DNA of 64,000 bases, taken from NCBI GenBank assembly GCA_027312165.1, contig DAICXN010000003.1:1842-65841 (forward strand), read 5' to 3'. The position numbers and the translations under genes are program-made. This document shows, one piece after another, positions 1-8,622 of this stretch (its first letter is position 1; each line of letters opens with the position of its first letter). A model generated the notes under the pieces. It did no database searches. It had not been told where the DNA came from and was given only the letters and a program-made list of their open reading frames with translations. The DNA is from Candidatus Saccharimonadota bacterium (GTDB lineage Bacteria; Patescibacteriota; Saccharimonadia; Saccharimonadales; Saccharimonadaceae).

Positions 1-489
1 TCAGAGATGGTCCAGCTAGTACTCCATAGGTTGGTGGTGCCTCCAAAGCTAGCCTGAGCCATACTAGTAGTTACGGCAGGCTGAGCTGCACCCCCCCGCA
101 CCTGTACCGACTTTAGTGCCCGCCTTAAGTAGACTTACTGGCGCCTCCGATACCGCTGCATTGGTAGCACTTCTAGTAACTAGCAGTGTTATACCAGCGA
201 TAGTAGCATTGGCGGGTATGGTCGAAAAATTAAAGCCGGTGCACCTGAGATCGTGAGTAGTGGTGTTTTTATTGTCCAACGTCCCCGTAATCGCAACACT
301 GGTTGTGCTACTTGCTGCATTAGCTGGATTATTCCAAGGCACGGTACCTGCAGCCACTGAAGTACAGGTGGTTGGCAGTGATGTTGCACTGTCGGCTATT
401 GTCGCAGCGGCCGCCGTATCAATCATCAAGTCAGATGCCAGCATCAACGGATAGCCAACGCCCACCCAGAGCAGCATCAAGACAAGCAT
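1..489 (-). pseudogene. Secreted Ser/Thr-rich surface protein, frameshifted at a G7 tract (91-97); continues beyond the window edge
   Basis: Hydrophobic N-terminus and a CTGFNFSTIPANATIAGI segment. The ORF stops at 64, but removing one G gives AGGAAQPAVTTSMAQASFGGTTNLWSTSWTIS, open to position 1. Confidence 0.6.
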
Positions 490-557
490 TAGCTTTTTTA
501 GTGCGCTAAGTCCAGAGTTCAGGTTTAGGGGTTTTGAGTGACTACGGATAGGCGACC

Positions 558-1733
558 CTACCTTTTCTTGCGAGATGAGGCTTTTGGAACGTGTACTTTC
601 TGACCAATCGACAAAATGTATGGTGGTTTGATCTTGTTAACGGAAACTAGCCTCTTCCAACTGATGCCGTACTTTTTAGCAATAGACTGAACTGTCTCAC
701 CCTCGACAACTTGATGAACTACGCCACTCTGACGTATGCTCTTTTCACGTTGGCGCCGAGTCAAATAGAAAGCAGCCAAGCCTCCTACAGTGAGCAGAAG
801 TAGTAGGATAATTAATGCGCCTAGCATGGTAGGTGCTAGAAAAATTATCTGCTCTTCGACTCTCTTGGTCACTAAGTTTGCGGTATTTTGAGTCCCAAAT
901 ACGCCAGCGTCCTTGTCGTAGACTATACTGGCATTTGCCCGATACCAGCCTCCGAACATCGGATAGTCTTCGTCTGGATGCTCAAACGCCAGTTCAAGCT
1001 TTTGATTAGCAATTACCGGGTAGCCGCCACCGTTGCGATATATCTCATTGCCCCACGGTGAAGATATGATGATCTTTGCGTCAATGTCCGCCGAGACGTT
1101 CCCTTTGTTTTGGAGTGTCAGCCCATAAAGCGGCTTATCGTTGCTACTGCGTCCAATATCAAACGACGAAATTGCAATATCTCGGTGCAGCTCGCCAGGC
1201 ACCGTCACCACCAGTCGTACAGCCTGTCGAGTCCTGACCCGAACGCTACCACTAGAAGCATCCTCGCTCTCCGGAGTTTGAAATACTATACAGCCATTGT
1301 GCTCGCCAACATCTGCGTTATCCGGTAGTGTGACTGTAAAATCCACCTCTTCACGCTGCCCTGGCTCTAATACAACCTGATCTTTTGCGATACTGGTCCA
1401 GGATCCGAGACCGGTCAATGCTTCAGACTGCTGCCGACAAGAATAAGCTCCGGAATTAGACACCACTCCATCAACAGCGTATAGCTCAATCGTTTGCCTC
1501 TGATCTGTATTGTTGGCAACCAAAATAGTATCGGTGTCAGACTGACCACGATCAAGCGTCATGATAAATATCGACTGACTGCGTGGATTAGCTGGATCAG
1601 GGTTGGCTGGCCGGCCACCTATGCCACCCGATTGCGCCAATACCGGCAAAGCCGAAACAGCTGTAACTAAAATTGCTGACAGTAGGCTGCTTTTTACAAA
1701 ACGTGAAAATCTCATTTGGCTATCCGGCTCCAT
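558..1733 (-). CDS. DUF916-like (WxL-interacting) cell-surface protein with C-terminal TM helix and LysM domain
   Basis: Signal peptide; FIMTLDRGQSDTDTILVANNT...IELYAVDG pattern; TM LGALIILLLLLTVGGLAAFYL; LysM HQVVEGETVQSIAKKYGISWKRLVSVNKI. Confidence 0.75.
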   Translation of the reverse strand: MEPDSQMRFSRFVKSSLLSAILVTAVSALPVLAQSGGIGGRPANPDPANPRSQSIFIMTLDRGQSDTDTILVANNTDQRQTIELYAVDGVVSNSGAYSCRQQSEALTGLGSWTSIAKDQVVLEPGQREEVDFTVTLPDNADVGEHNGCIVFQTPESEDASSGSVRVRTRQAVRLVVTVPGELHRDIAISSFDIGRSSNDKPLYGLTLQNKGNVSADIDAKIIISSPWGNEIYRNGGGYPVIANQKLELAFEHPDEDYPMFGGWYRANASIVYDKDAGVFGTQNTANLVTKRVEEQIIFLAPTMLGALIILLLLLTVGGLAAFYLTRRQREKSIRQSGVVHQVVEGETVQSIAKKYGISWKRLVSVNKIKPPYILSIGQKVHVPKASSRKKR

Positions 1734-1779
1734 TCATGCCCCGGATGGGGGTGTGGTTTATTGAGGTTGCTCCGTTAAA

Positions 1780-2424
1780 CTAGACACTAGTAACTGTCTG
1801 AACCAGGTCAATCGAGTATGATCCTGCTGGTGTACCCTTAGGGATTACCTGAGTAAGACTAATGCCGTGAACGTATCCGCGCCAGACAGAGTCCATTGTC
1901 GCAGATGCACCTGCCATAATTGTAATCGGTGTAGTACCACTAAATGTTCCGCCAACTGAGCCTGTAATGCCCGTATCAGATCCGGTATATTGTCCCAACG
2001 TACCACCTGAGCCTACTGTTAGTTGACCTTCAGATTCAGTAGATCCATTGTGTTTGTACACGGACACTGATGGTGCGCCGTCTCGATACCAACCAATCGA
2101 AGGATTTGCTGCCGCCAAAGAGAGTGTAAATCCACTAGATAGGCCCGGCTTATCGACAGTTGCTCTCTGCGTGTCGGAACCATATGTACCGGTTGTAGTC
2201 ATATTGCCTGTAGTGCTCACTGTTGCGGGTGACATCGCAAACGACGGACTTGACACAGTGGCACCCGAAGCGTCAGTAAAGTTCGTGTTTATTGTGCCCG
2301 CGCTAATAGTCTGCGTAAGCTTCGAGTCTGCAGTTGACTGAGCGTACACCCCAGGCGCCCCTGCCACAACTACGCTTACTCCGACTACTGTTAAAATGGC
2401 CGCGATCTTGTTCTTTTTGATCAT
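1780..2424 (-). CDS. Secreted WxL-like domain protein
   Basis: SD GAGGAG before ATG 2424; signal peptide ending VYA; Thr/Gly-rich beta protein ending IPKGTPAGSYSIDLVQTV; adjacent to a DUF916-like gene. Confidence 0.6.
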   Translation of the reverse strand: MIKKNKIAAILTVVGVSVVVAGAPGVYAQSTADSKLTQTISAGTINTNFTDASGATVSSPSFAMSPATVSTTGNMTTTGTYGSDTQRATVDKPGLSSGFTLSLAAANPSIGWYRDGAPSVSVYKHNGSTESEGQLTVGSGGTLGQYTGSDTGITGSVGGTFSGTTPITIMAGASATMDSVWRGYVHGISLTQVIPKGTPAGSYSIDLVQTVTSV

Positions 2425-2532
2425 AACGCTGATACTCCTCCACATTACGTGCATCCACAAGCACTATATACTTAATCAAAATTCCACCATAGGCATAATC
2501 GCGCAGTCAATACATTTTTTATAGACTATAGC

Positions 2533-3033
2533 TTAGCTCAATCTCGTTAAGTCAATTGGCGACAAATCATAAGTAATCATCAGCTCGGGCCGTCGATAAT
2601 CGGCAGATTCAGTAACTGGCTTAACTTTAGACCAGTAGCTATCGGCTAATCGCTCAAGCTCAGACCTATTTACCCTCCCCTCAATTGCCGCCTTCAAAGC
2701 ATCGTAAGTATCCAGATCTGACACAAAACAGCGTCGATCGTCCACACTTATCTCCAGCAGTCCGCCACGAGACCTCTCAACGAACTCTTCGATCGACACC
2801 CTCGATCCGTCAACAATATCAATAATCTCATCACCGCTTCTTATATAAGCGTATATATTTTTAGCCCGACTAACTCCCTGAGCCTTCAAGTGCTTCGGAC
2901 ATCTAACATCTAGATACTCGTCAGTCTCGACTATCATTTTATCATCACCCTTGCTACCTCGATTGCCCTGCCTTAAGCCATTTTCAAGCACTGACCCGAG
3001 TTGATCCAGACTAACTTCATGATAGGCTAGCAT
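2533..3033 (-). CDS. Hypothetical protein, possible ADP-ribosyltransferase-like fold
   Basis: YHEVSLDQLGSVLENGL, IYAY and RPELMI resemble the H-x(n)-IL..GL / Y / E pattern of ART folds. Confidence 0.45.
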   Translation of the reverse strand: MLAYHEVSLDQLGSVLENGLRQGNRGSKGDDKMIVETDEYLDVRCPKHLKAQGVSRAKNIYAYIRSGDEIIDIVDGSRVSIEEFVERSRGGLLEISVDDRRCFVSDLDTYDALKAAIEGRVNRSELERLADSYWSKVKPVTESADYRRPELMITYDLSPIDLTRLS

Positions 3034-3097
3034 GCATTAGATTATAGTCCTCACCGGTTCTTTGCGCCACATCTCCTATTTCCGATATAATCATACT

Positions 3098-3787
3098 ATG
3101 CACAAAATACTAATCGGCATCTTTGCCCACCCCGACGACGAAGCCTTTGGACCCTCCGGCACTTTGCTACATGAAGTGAAAAATGGTGCAGAGCTCCACC
3201 TGATCACCTTAACCGCAGGAGAAAATGGCCGCAACCCGGACTCCTTGCCAGACCTAGCCAAGGTACGACTGGATGAATGGAGGAAAGCCGGTCAATTTAT
3301 GGGTGCTAGCTCGATGCACCACCTTGGCTTTATTGACGGCGAGCTCGACAACCTATCGATGATCGAGGCATCAAAAAAAATTGAAAAAATCATCAAAGAT
3401 ATCGCAGCTACCAACGATAGCTCACGGCCTATAGAAATAATTAGCACCGACCTAAATGGCATCACTGGTCACATCGATCATATTGTAGCTTCAAGAGCCG
3501 CTCACCAAACCTTCTTCAAACTTAAAGACCAGGGATACCCTATGACCAAACTCCGACTAGCCTGCATACCTCGAAGCCAGACTGGCGATAAGCCGCTAAC
3601 AGATTTTGTATTTATGGAACCGGGCCGACTAGATAGCGAGATCGATGAAATTGTCGACAATCGAGAATATTTTGATGAAGTTAAGTCTATAATGCTGGCT
3701 CATCACACCCAAAGAGAGGATTGTCAGACTCATCTCAACAGCTTAAAAGAGCGGGTAGCTATAAATCACTTCATAGTTGTCGAGTAG
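3098..3787 (+). CDS. PIG-L family deacetylase
   Basis: FAHPDDE, TAGE and GHIDH motifs; TATAAT 6 nt upstream of ATG 3098. Confidence 0.9.
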   Translation: MHKILIGIFAHPDDEAFGPSGTLLHEVKNGAELHLITLTAGENGRNPDSLPDLAKVRLDEWRKAGQFMGASSMHHLGFIDGELDNLSMIEASKKIEKIIKDIAATNDSSRPIEIISTDLNGITGHIDHIVASRAAHQTFFKLKDQGYPMTKLRLACIPRSQTGDKPLTDFVFMEPGRLDSEIDEIVDNREYFDEVKSIMLAHHTQREDCQTHLNSLKERVAINHFIVVE

Positions 3788-3795
3788 CTAAAATA

Positions 3796-4278
3796 TTATT
3801 TGGCAGATTTTGTACTTTTTCTCAGTAACAATGAACCATAAGCCGACCAGATAGCTAAAATCCACAACGCCGCCAGCAGCGACAGAGACCAACTTCCTCC
3901 TGGTAGATCAAATGTTGCACCCAAAATCATACTTTGACCACTCGATCCACTGAGCACCTCGAGTGCGGCTAACCCGGTCAGGGCCAAAAAGACACTCGCA
4001 AAACTAACTCGACTAATAAGCGGGCTAGTCCTCATACCCAATAGAAAAGGCAGTGCCGCAAGCTCGAGTAAAGCTAGCGAGATCGCAGCGAAATTTGCCC
4101 AACCCAACTCCAGTCCAGACCCCGCGATCAAAGCTGGTAGCTTTTCAAAGGTAAACAACTGGGATATCAAAAAAACCAAGACGTATATAGCAAGCAGCAG
4201 CTTTGCCGCCTGAACACTTGATATATTGTCAAATCTAATAAAATGAGTCTTTTTGGCTGACTTTTGCGGTTTATTCAT
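3796..4278 (-). CDS. Hypothetical membrane protein (about 4 TM)
   Basis: Four hydrophobic segments; start reassigned to MNKPQK. Confidence 0.7.
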   Translation of the reverse strand: MNKPQKSAKKTHFIRFDNISSVQAAKLLLAIYVLVFLISQLFTFEKLPALIAGSGLELGWANFAAISLALLELAALPFLLGMRTSPLISRVSFASVFLALTGLAALEVLSGSSGQSMILGATFDLPGGSWSLSLLAALWILAIWSAYGSLLLRKSTKSAK

Positions 4279-4451
4279 AAGCACATTGTACCTCGCGAAG
4301 TATGATTGCTCAACAAGTGTTGTGTTTTTAGCATTTTTTACTTGCATTTTAGATAAAAGCGGAGTAGTCTAACTATAAGCGAATTGAACAAAAACAAACA
4401 CCAATGAAAAGTCTGTTCGCTCTACGACATCCACCACAACACGAAATACCG

Positions 4452-5126
4452 CTAATTCTGGCGGTATTTCTCGTCTCCAGCCTTAATAGACTGCTCGTGA
4501 CGCCATTTAGCGATCTCGCCATGATGCCCACTCAATAGCACCTCCGGCACCTTAAGGCCCTGAAACTCTTCGGGACGAGTGTACTGGGGAAACTCCAACG
4601 TTTCACCATCAGAGAAGCTCTCGATCTCAGCAGAAGCAGCCCCGCCAAGCACACCGGGCAGCAGCCGCACAATCGAATCGACAATAGTCATCGCAGGTAG
4701 CTCACCCCCCGTTAAAACATAGTCGCCCACGCTGACCTCTTCATCGACTAACTCAAGGATTCGCTCGTCATAACCTTCATAGCGGCCACAGATAAAAATA
4801 TAGCCACTATCTGACTCGGAGTGCTGCTGAGCTAGCGCCTGACGCCAGCGCTCACCACGCGGGGTCATCAGAAGCACCTTGGCCGATGGATCATTGGCTT
4901 TTGCCTGCATGACCGCCTTCCATAACGGCTCAATCATCAAAAGCATCCCATCACCACCCCCGTAGGGCGTGTCGTCAACTTGTTTGCGTGGCCCTAGTCC
5001 GAACTCCCGTAAATCAATCGTCTCTAGAGTAACAATTCCATCCTTTTGAGCCTTCCACATCATAGAGCTTCCAAAAACACCCGTGAACATTTCTGGAAAC
5101 AGCGTAATCACTTGAAATCTTTTCAT
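4452..5126 (-). CDS. trmD: tRNA (guanine37-N1)-methyltransferase
   Basis: VDDTPYGGGDGM, ICGRYEGYDER, SVGDYVLTGGE and PQYTRP motifs. Confidence 0.98.
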   Translation of the reverse strand: MKRFQVITLFPEMFTGVFGSSMMWKAQKDGIVTLETIDLREFGLGPRKQVDDTPYGGGDGMLLMIEPLWKAVMQAKANDPSAKVLLMTPRGERWRQALAQQHSESDSGYIFICGRYEGYDERILELVDEEVSVGDYVLTGGELPAMTIVDSIVRLLPGVLGGAASAEIESFSDGETLEFPQYTRPEEFQGLKVPEVLLSGHHGEIAKWRHEQSIKAGDEKYRQN

Positions 5127-5146
5127 CTGTTACATTGTACATAGTA

Positions 5147-5175
5147 TTGACTTTTTTGTCTAGGAGTTGTATTAT
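5147..5175 (+). promoter_or_regulatory. Sigma70-type promoter
   Basis: TTGACT-17 bp-TATTAT upstream of the 5249 ORF. Confidence 0.6.
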
Positions 5176-5248
5176 ATGGCCAATCCACTTTTAGCTATCA
5201 AAATAGCCTGATTTTGGAAGAACCTAGCCGACAAACAAAGGAGTTGTC

Positions 5249-5524
5249 TTGATCAAGAGTCTCGGCCCCAAAAAACCGCTCAACACAGTTGCCATGGGAA
5301 GATCTTCGTCACACTGCCTCAACTGTGGCCACAACTACCTTGGTGGCAACAGGTGTGAGGAGTGCGGCACCCACCTCAAGTTCGTGGCTGCCACCTACTC
5401 CATCGAGAACAGGGTGGAAGTAGCCGAGGCCGACAACTTCGCTAAAAGCGAAGGCCTCAGTGGCGGCTTCGTCGGCTACACCCAAGGGTACCCCGACCAA
5501 ACCATCACGGACACACCCAGCTAG
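5249..5524 (+). CDS. Small zinc-ribbon protein
   Basis: CLNCG...CEECG pair; AAGGAG before the TTG start; own promoter. Confidence 0.65.
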   Translation: MIKSLGPKKPLNTVAMGRSSSHCLNCGHNYLGGNRCEECGTHLKFVAATYSIENRVEVAEADNFAKSEGLSGGFVGYTQGYPDQTITDTPS

Positions 5525-5595
5525 CGCCCACCGAAAGTAGCTCGCCGCAAGGCTTGAGCTCACTCGGTGGGCTATTTTCATACCTAAAATCTCCA

Positions 5596-5628
5596 CTAAA
5601 AAACCACCCTAAACGGATGGTTTTTTAG
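5596..5628. terminator. Bidirectional intrinsic terminator
   Basis: ctaaaaaacca...tggttttttag inverted repeat between convergent genes. Confidence 0.65.
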
Positions 5629-5716
5629 CACAAATAAGACTCTCAACGGATTGTATTTTTCAATCCGTTGCTCGCACAGAGCTTTAGTTCTCGCAGGTTG
5701 TCTGAACTGCTTATGA

Positions 5717-6118
5717 TTATATATCGAGATCGTCGAGTTCTGCAAGCTCTTTTCGAGCGTTTTCTGCGTAGCTTGAACCCCTATCCACAGGCTCATCTGT
5801 AGAGTTATCCACAGACACATCTTCGCTGTCGCGTTGAGACGACTCCGAGCCCTCTCGAGCTCCGGTATAGCCGTCGTTGTTGACGATTTTTAGATTATAC
5901 CTGGCGTCATTTTTTGTTCCTAGAGCGCGAAGCAGCGTGCGCAAGCTCTGAGCTGTGCCGCCACGCTTACCAATCACCCGGCCAAGGTCCTCTGGATTGA
6001 CGGTTAGAGTCAAAAGAACGCCCTTTTCGTCGATAATCCTTTCGACAACGACGTCGTCTGGATTTTCTACTAGCGACTTGACTACGTATTCTACGAATTG
6101 CTGGTCAATTGTTGACAT
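5717..6118 (-). CDS. khpA: KH-domain RNA-binding protein KhpA with acidic tail
   Basis: VKSLVENPDDV and DLGRVIGKRG (GxxG loop); SD AGGAGG. Confidence 0.92.
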   Translation of the reverse strand: MSTIDQQFVEYVVKSLVENPDDVVVERIIDEKGVLLTLTVNPEDLGRVIGKRGGTAQSLRTLLRALGTKNDARYNLKIVNNDGYTGAREGSESSQRDSEDVSVDNSTDEPVDRGSSYAENARKELAELDDLDI

Positions 6119-6201
6119 TCTGCCCCTCCTCCTGAAGTTACTGTACGTTAAATTATATCATAGGCATTTTGCCACAAGCAAACCTGCGCGGCGTCCCCTC
6201 A

Positions 6202-6915
6202 CTAACTTTTGTGCAGCTCGTAAGCCTCAAGCGCGGCTCTAGCCGCCTCTTGCTGGGCAACCTGCTTACTCGGACCAGTGCCCTGTCCCTTCAGCTGATC
6301 GCCGACAAATACACCTAGCGTAAATACCTTGTCATGATCCGGACCTTCTTCATTAAGCACACGGTAGACCGGTGTGTGCCCATCAATCCTCTGAGACACT
6401 TCCTGCAGGTGCGACTTCGGATCTCGCCAGCTGCCCGCCTTTAGTATATCCTCGAGCTTCACGATGATATTTTCAGCAATAAACTTTCTAGCCGCTTCGT
6501 AGCCATGCTCCAGGTAAATTGCACCAGTCACAGCCTCAAAAGCGTTAGCCAATATCTGTAGCCTTGCCCTGTCCGAGCCATTTTTTTCACCTTTACTCAT
6601 CCTGACTAGCCGCTCGTACCCTAGCGACTCACCTGCCGCACCAATGCTTTCAGTCCTAACCAATGCCGCCCGCCAACTAGTCAAAACCCCTTCTGGCTCC
6701 GAAAAGTTGCCGTACAAGTACTCTGTCACGACAAGTTCAAGCACAGCATCGCCCAGGAATTCGAGCCGCTCATTGTGCTCCTTGGCGGACTTTTTATGCT
6801 CATTTACATAACTTCGATGGGTCAAGGCGGTAACAAGTAAGTCGATATTATCAAACTCCAAACCCAAGCTGTCTCTAGCAAATTCCCGATACGGTGTTAA
6901 ATCCATGCCGCTCAC
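6202..6915 (-). CDS. rnc: Ribonuclease III
   Basis: NERLEFLGDAVL signature; dsRBD with GPDHDKVF. Confidence 0.98.
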   Translation of the reverse strand: MSGMDLTPYREFARDSLGLEFDNIDLLVTALTHRSYVNEHKKSAKEHNERLEFLGDAVLELVVTEYLYGNFSEPEGVLTSWRAALVRTESIGAAGESLGYERLVRMSKGEKNGSDRARLQILANAFEAVTGAIYLEHGYEAARKFIAENIIVKLEDILKAGSWRDPKSHLQEVSQRIDGHTPVYRVLNEEGPDHDKVFTLGVFVGDQLKGQGTGPSKQVAQQEAARAALEAYELHKS

Positions 6916-7406
6916 TACAAGTCCTCCTGTCTAATTCGCTTCATTCCGAGCATAATCAGCTTACCGATATCCTCATATTCAACCTCATCAAGCGCATCAT
7001 GAAACGAAAACCACTTCAGCCCGTTCATCCATTCCTCTTTTTGAAGCTTTTCGTGTGGATTGAGCGCCTTGACAAGATAAACCTGAGTGGTCATCAGAAC
7101 TAGTTTGTCAATCCGGCGATAGCGAAAATTCACCTTGCCAAGCCAGCCATGAACAGCGAGATCCTTGAGGCCAGTCTCCTCGCCAATTTCTCGCCTAGCC
7201 GTCACCTGCGCTGACTCGCCCGGTTCGATGTGGCCCTTTGGAATCGTCCAACGGTCCCTAGCATCTTGATATAGCAAAAACTCAACTTCGCCCGCATCAT
7301 TGCGACGAAAAACTACTCCACCAGCAGTTGGCTCGCGAACTATCTCCTGAATTGAAGGTTTCTTGCGGCCAAAATACTTTTTAACTGTCTGAAGATTTGG
7401 CTTCAT
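6915..7406 (-). CDS. NUDIX hydrolase
   Basis: Nudix box GHIEPGESAQVTARREIGEETG; start reassigned to MKPNL. Confidence 0.9.
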   Translation of the reverse strand: MKPNLQTVKKYFGRKKPSIQEIVREPTAGGVVFRRNDAGEVEFLLYQDARDRWTIPKGHIEPGESAQVTARREIGEETGLKDLAVHGWLGKVNFRYRRIDKLVLMTTQVYLVKALNPHEKLQKEEWMNGLKWFSFHDALDEVEYEDIGKLIMLGMKRIRQEDL

Positions 7407-7845
7407 TGTCGGCATCCTCCACGAGTGTCCGATAAGCGGTGCCAAGCACCCCGTTAACGAACTTCCCCGAGTTATCCGAACCAAACGCCTTGGCAAGCTC
7501 CACCGCCTCATTGATCACCACCTTGTGCGGCACCTTGTCTACCGAATAAACCAGCTCAAATAAGCCGAGTCTCAAGACTGCTCGATCAATTCTTGCAATC
7601 TGCTCAATCGGCCACTCTGGTGCAAGCGGTCTTAGCTTGTCGTCAATTTCAGTCTCGCGCGCCAACACACCATCAACTAAACGCTCAATGAAAGCCACGT
7701 CGTCAATTGATGATTTGTATCGTTCGAGATTACGCTTCAAAATTTCTGAAGCGTTAGCCCATCGATCTTCAAGCTGTACACGAAACTCATATTCGTACAG
7801 AGTCTGAAGAGCGATCATGCGACCTAGATGACGATTTGAAGCCAT
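7381..7845 (-). CDS. nusB: Transcription antitermination factor NusB
   Basis: IDRAVLRL, VVINEAVELAKAFG and FVNGVL motifs. Confidence 0.97.
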   Translation of the reverse strand: MASNRHLGRMIALQTLYEYEFRVQLEDRWANASEILKRNLERYKSSIDDVAFIERLVDGVLARETEIDDKLRPLAPEWPIEQIARIDRAVLRLGLFELVYSVDKVPHKVVINEAVELAKAFGSDNSGKFVNGVLGTAYRTLVEDADNEAKSSDS

Positions 7846-7866
7846 AGCGTATGATTCAATTCGTTA

Positions 7867-8013
7867 TTAATTAGCGCTTTTTCCGGTTTCGCGCTTGGTA
7901 GTCTTGACCTTGACTGGTGACGTAGCGTTGACGCGTCGGGCCAGTTTCAATTTCAAATGGCTACGACGAAGCCCGGTCTTTCGCGGACTTGTATGCTTCT
8001 TTGGTTGTGCCAT
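7867..8013 (-). CDS. rpmF: 50S ribosomal protein L32, Cys-free form (not in the ORF track)
   Basis: Manual translation MAQPKKHTSPRKTGLRRSHLKLKLARRVNATSPVKVKTTKRETGKSAN; SD AAGGAG; upstream of nusB-rnc. Confidence 0.9.
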   Translation of the reverse strand: MAQPKKHTSPRKTGLRRSHLKLKLARRVNATSPVKVKTTKRETGKSAN

Positions 8014-8174
8014 ACAAAATATCTCCTTTTTTGTAGTTTATAGTAACACTTGAGATACATTATACCGTTTTTGCCGACTAACCTCAAGAGACAAATCGGC
8101 ATATTTTGACACATTCTTGGTAATTTGCCAGTTTTACTATTGACTTATTATAGAGCTTGTGGTAATATATAAGC

Positions 8175-8579
8175 ATGTGGACGGTTAAGTACCCGCCACG
8201 AAAGGATAATGACTTTATGAATCGTCAGCCAAAATCATACGAAAAATCTTCTTGGCAGCAAGATTTGCTACTTAAGGCTAAAGTTGGCGCAGTCGCCCTA
8301 CTGGCTACCGCTGGTACTGCCGTAGCGACCGAAGCATTAATAAACGGCCCAGAAACCAGGAATCCCTATCCCGATCCACTTGCCGCAAGTACTGAAATAC
8401 CCCGCGGCCAAGACCCTTGCCCCGTCGCTTCAGGCCTAGCCGAAGAAACAGGCACCCAAATGGACATTATGAGCTGCATCGAAGCGACCAAAGAGCTAGA
8501 CGCAACCGACAAAGACCACTCTTACCTTAGGGTAGAACTAGAGCAAGACGGCACAGTCAACGTGATCCCTCTAGGCTAA
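8175..8579 (+). CDS. Hypothetical membrane-anchored or secreted protein
   Basis: Hydrophobic stretch VGAVALLATAGTAVA; promoter TTGACT-17-TAATAT at 8140-8168; start may be the later ATG (MNRQPK). Confidence 0.65.
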   Translation: MWTVKYPPRKDNDFMNRQPKSYEKSSWQQDLLLKAKVGAVALLATAGTAVATEALINGPETRNPYPDPLAASTEIPRGQDPCPVASGLAEETGTQMDIMSCIEATKELDATDKDHSYLRVELEQDGTVNVIPLG

Positions 8580-8593
8580 AGCAGGCTCGACAT

Positions 8594-8621
8594 AAAATAA
8601 ATCCCAATTGGGATTTATTTT
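8594..8621. terminator. Bidirectional terminator-like palindrome
   Basis: Perfect 28-bp palindrome aaaataaatcccaattgggatttatttt between convergent genes. Confidence 0.7.
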
Positions 8622-8622
8622 T

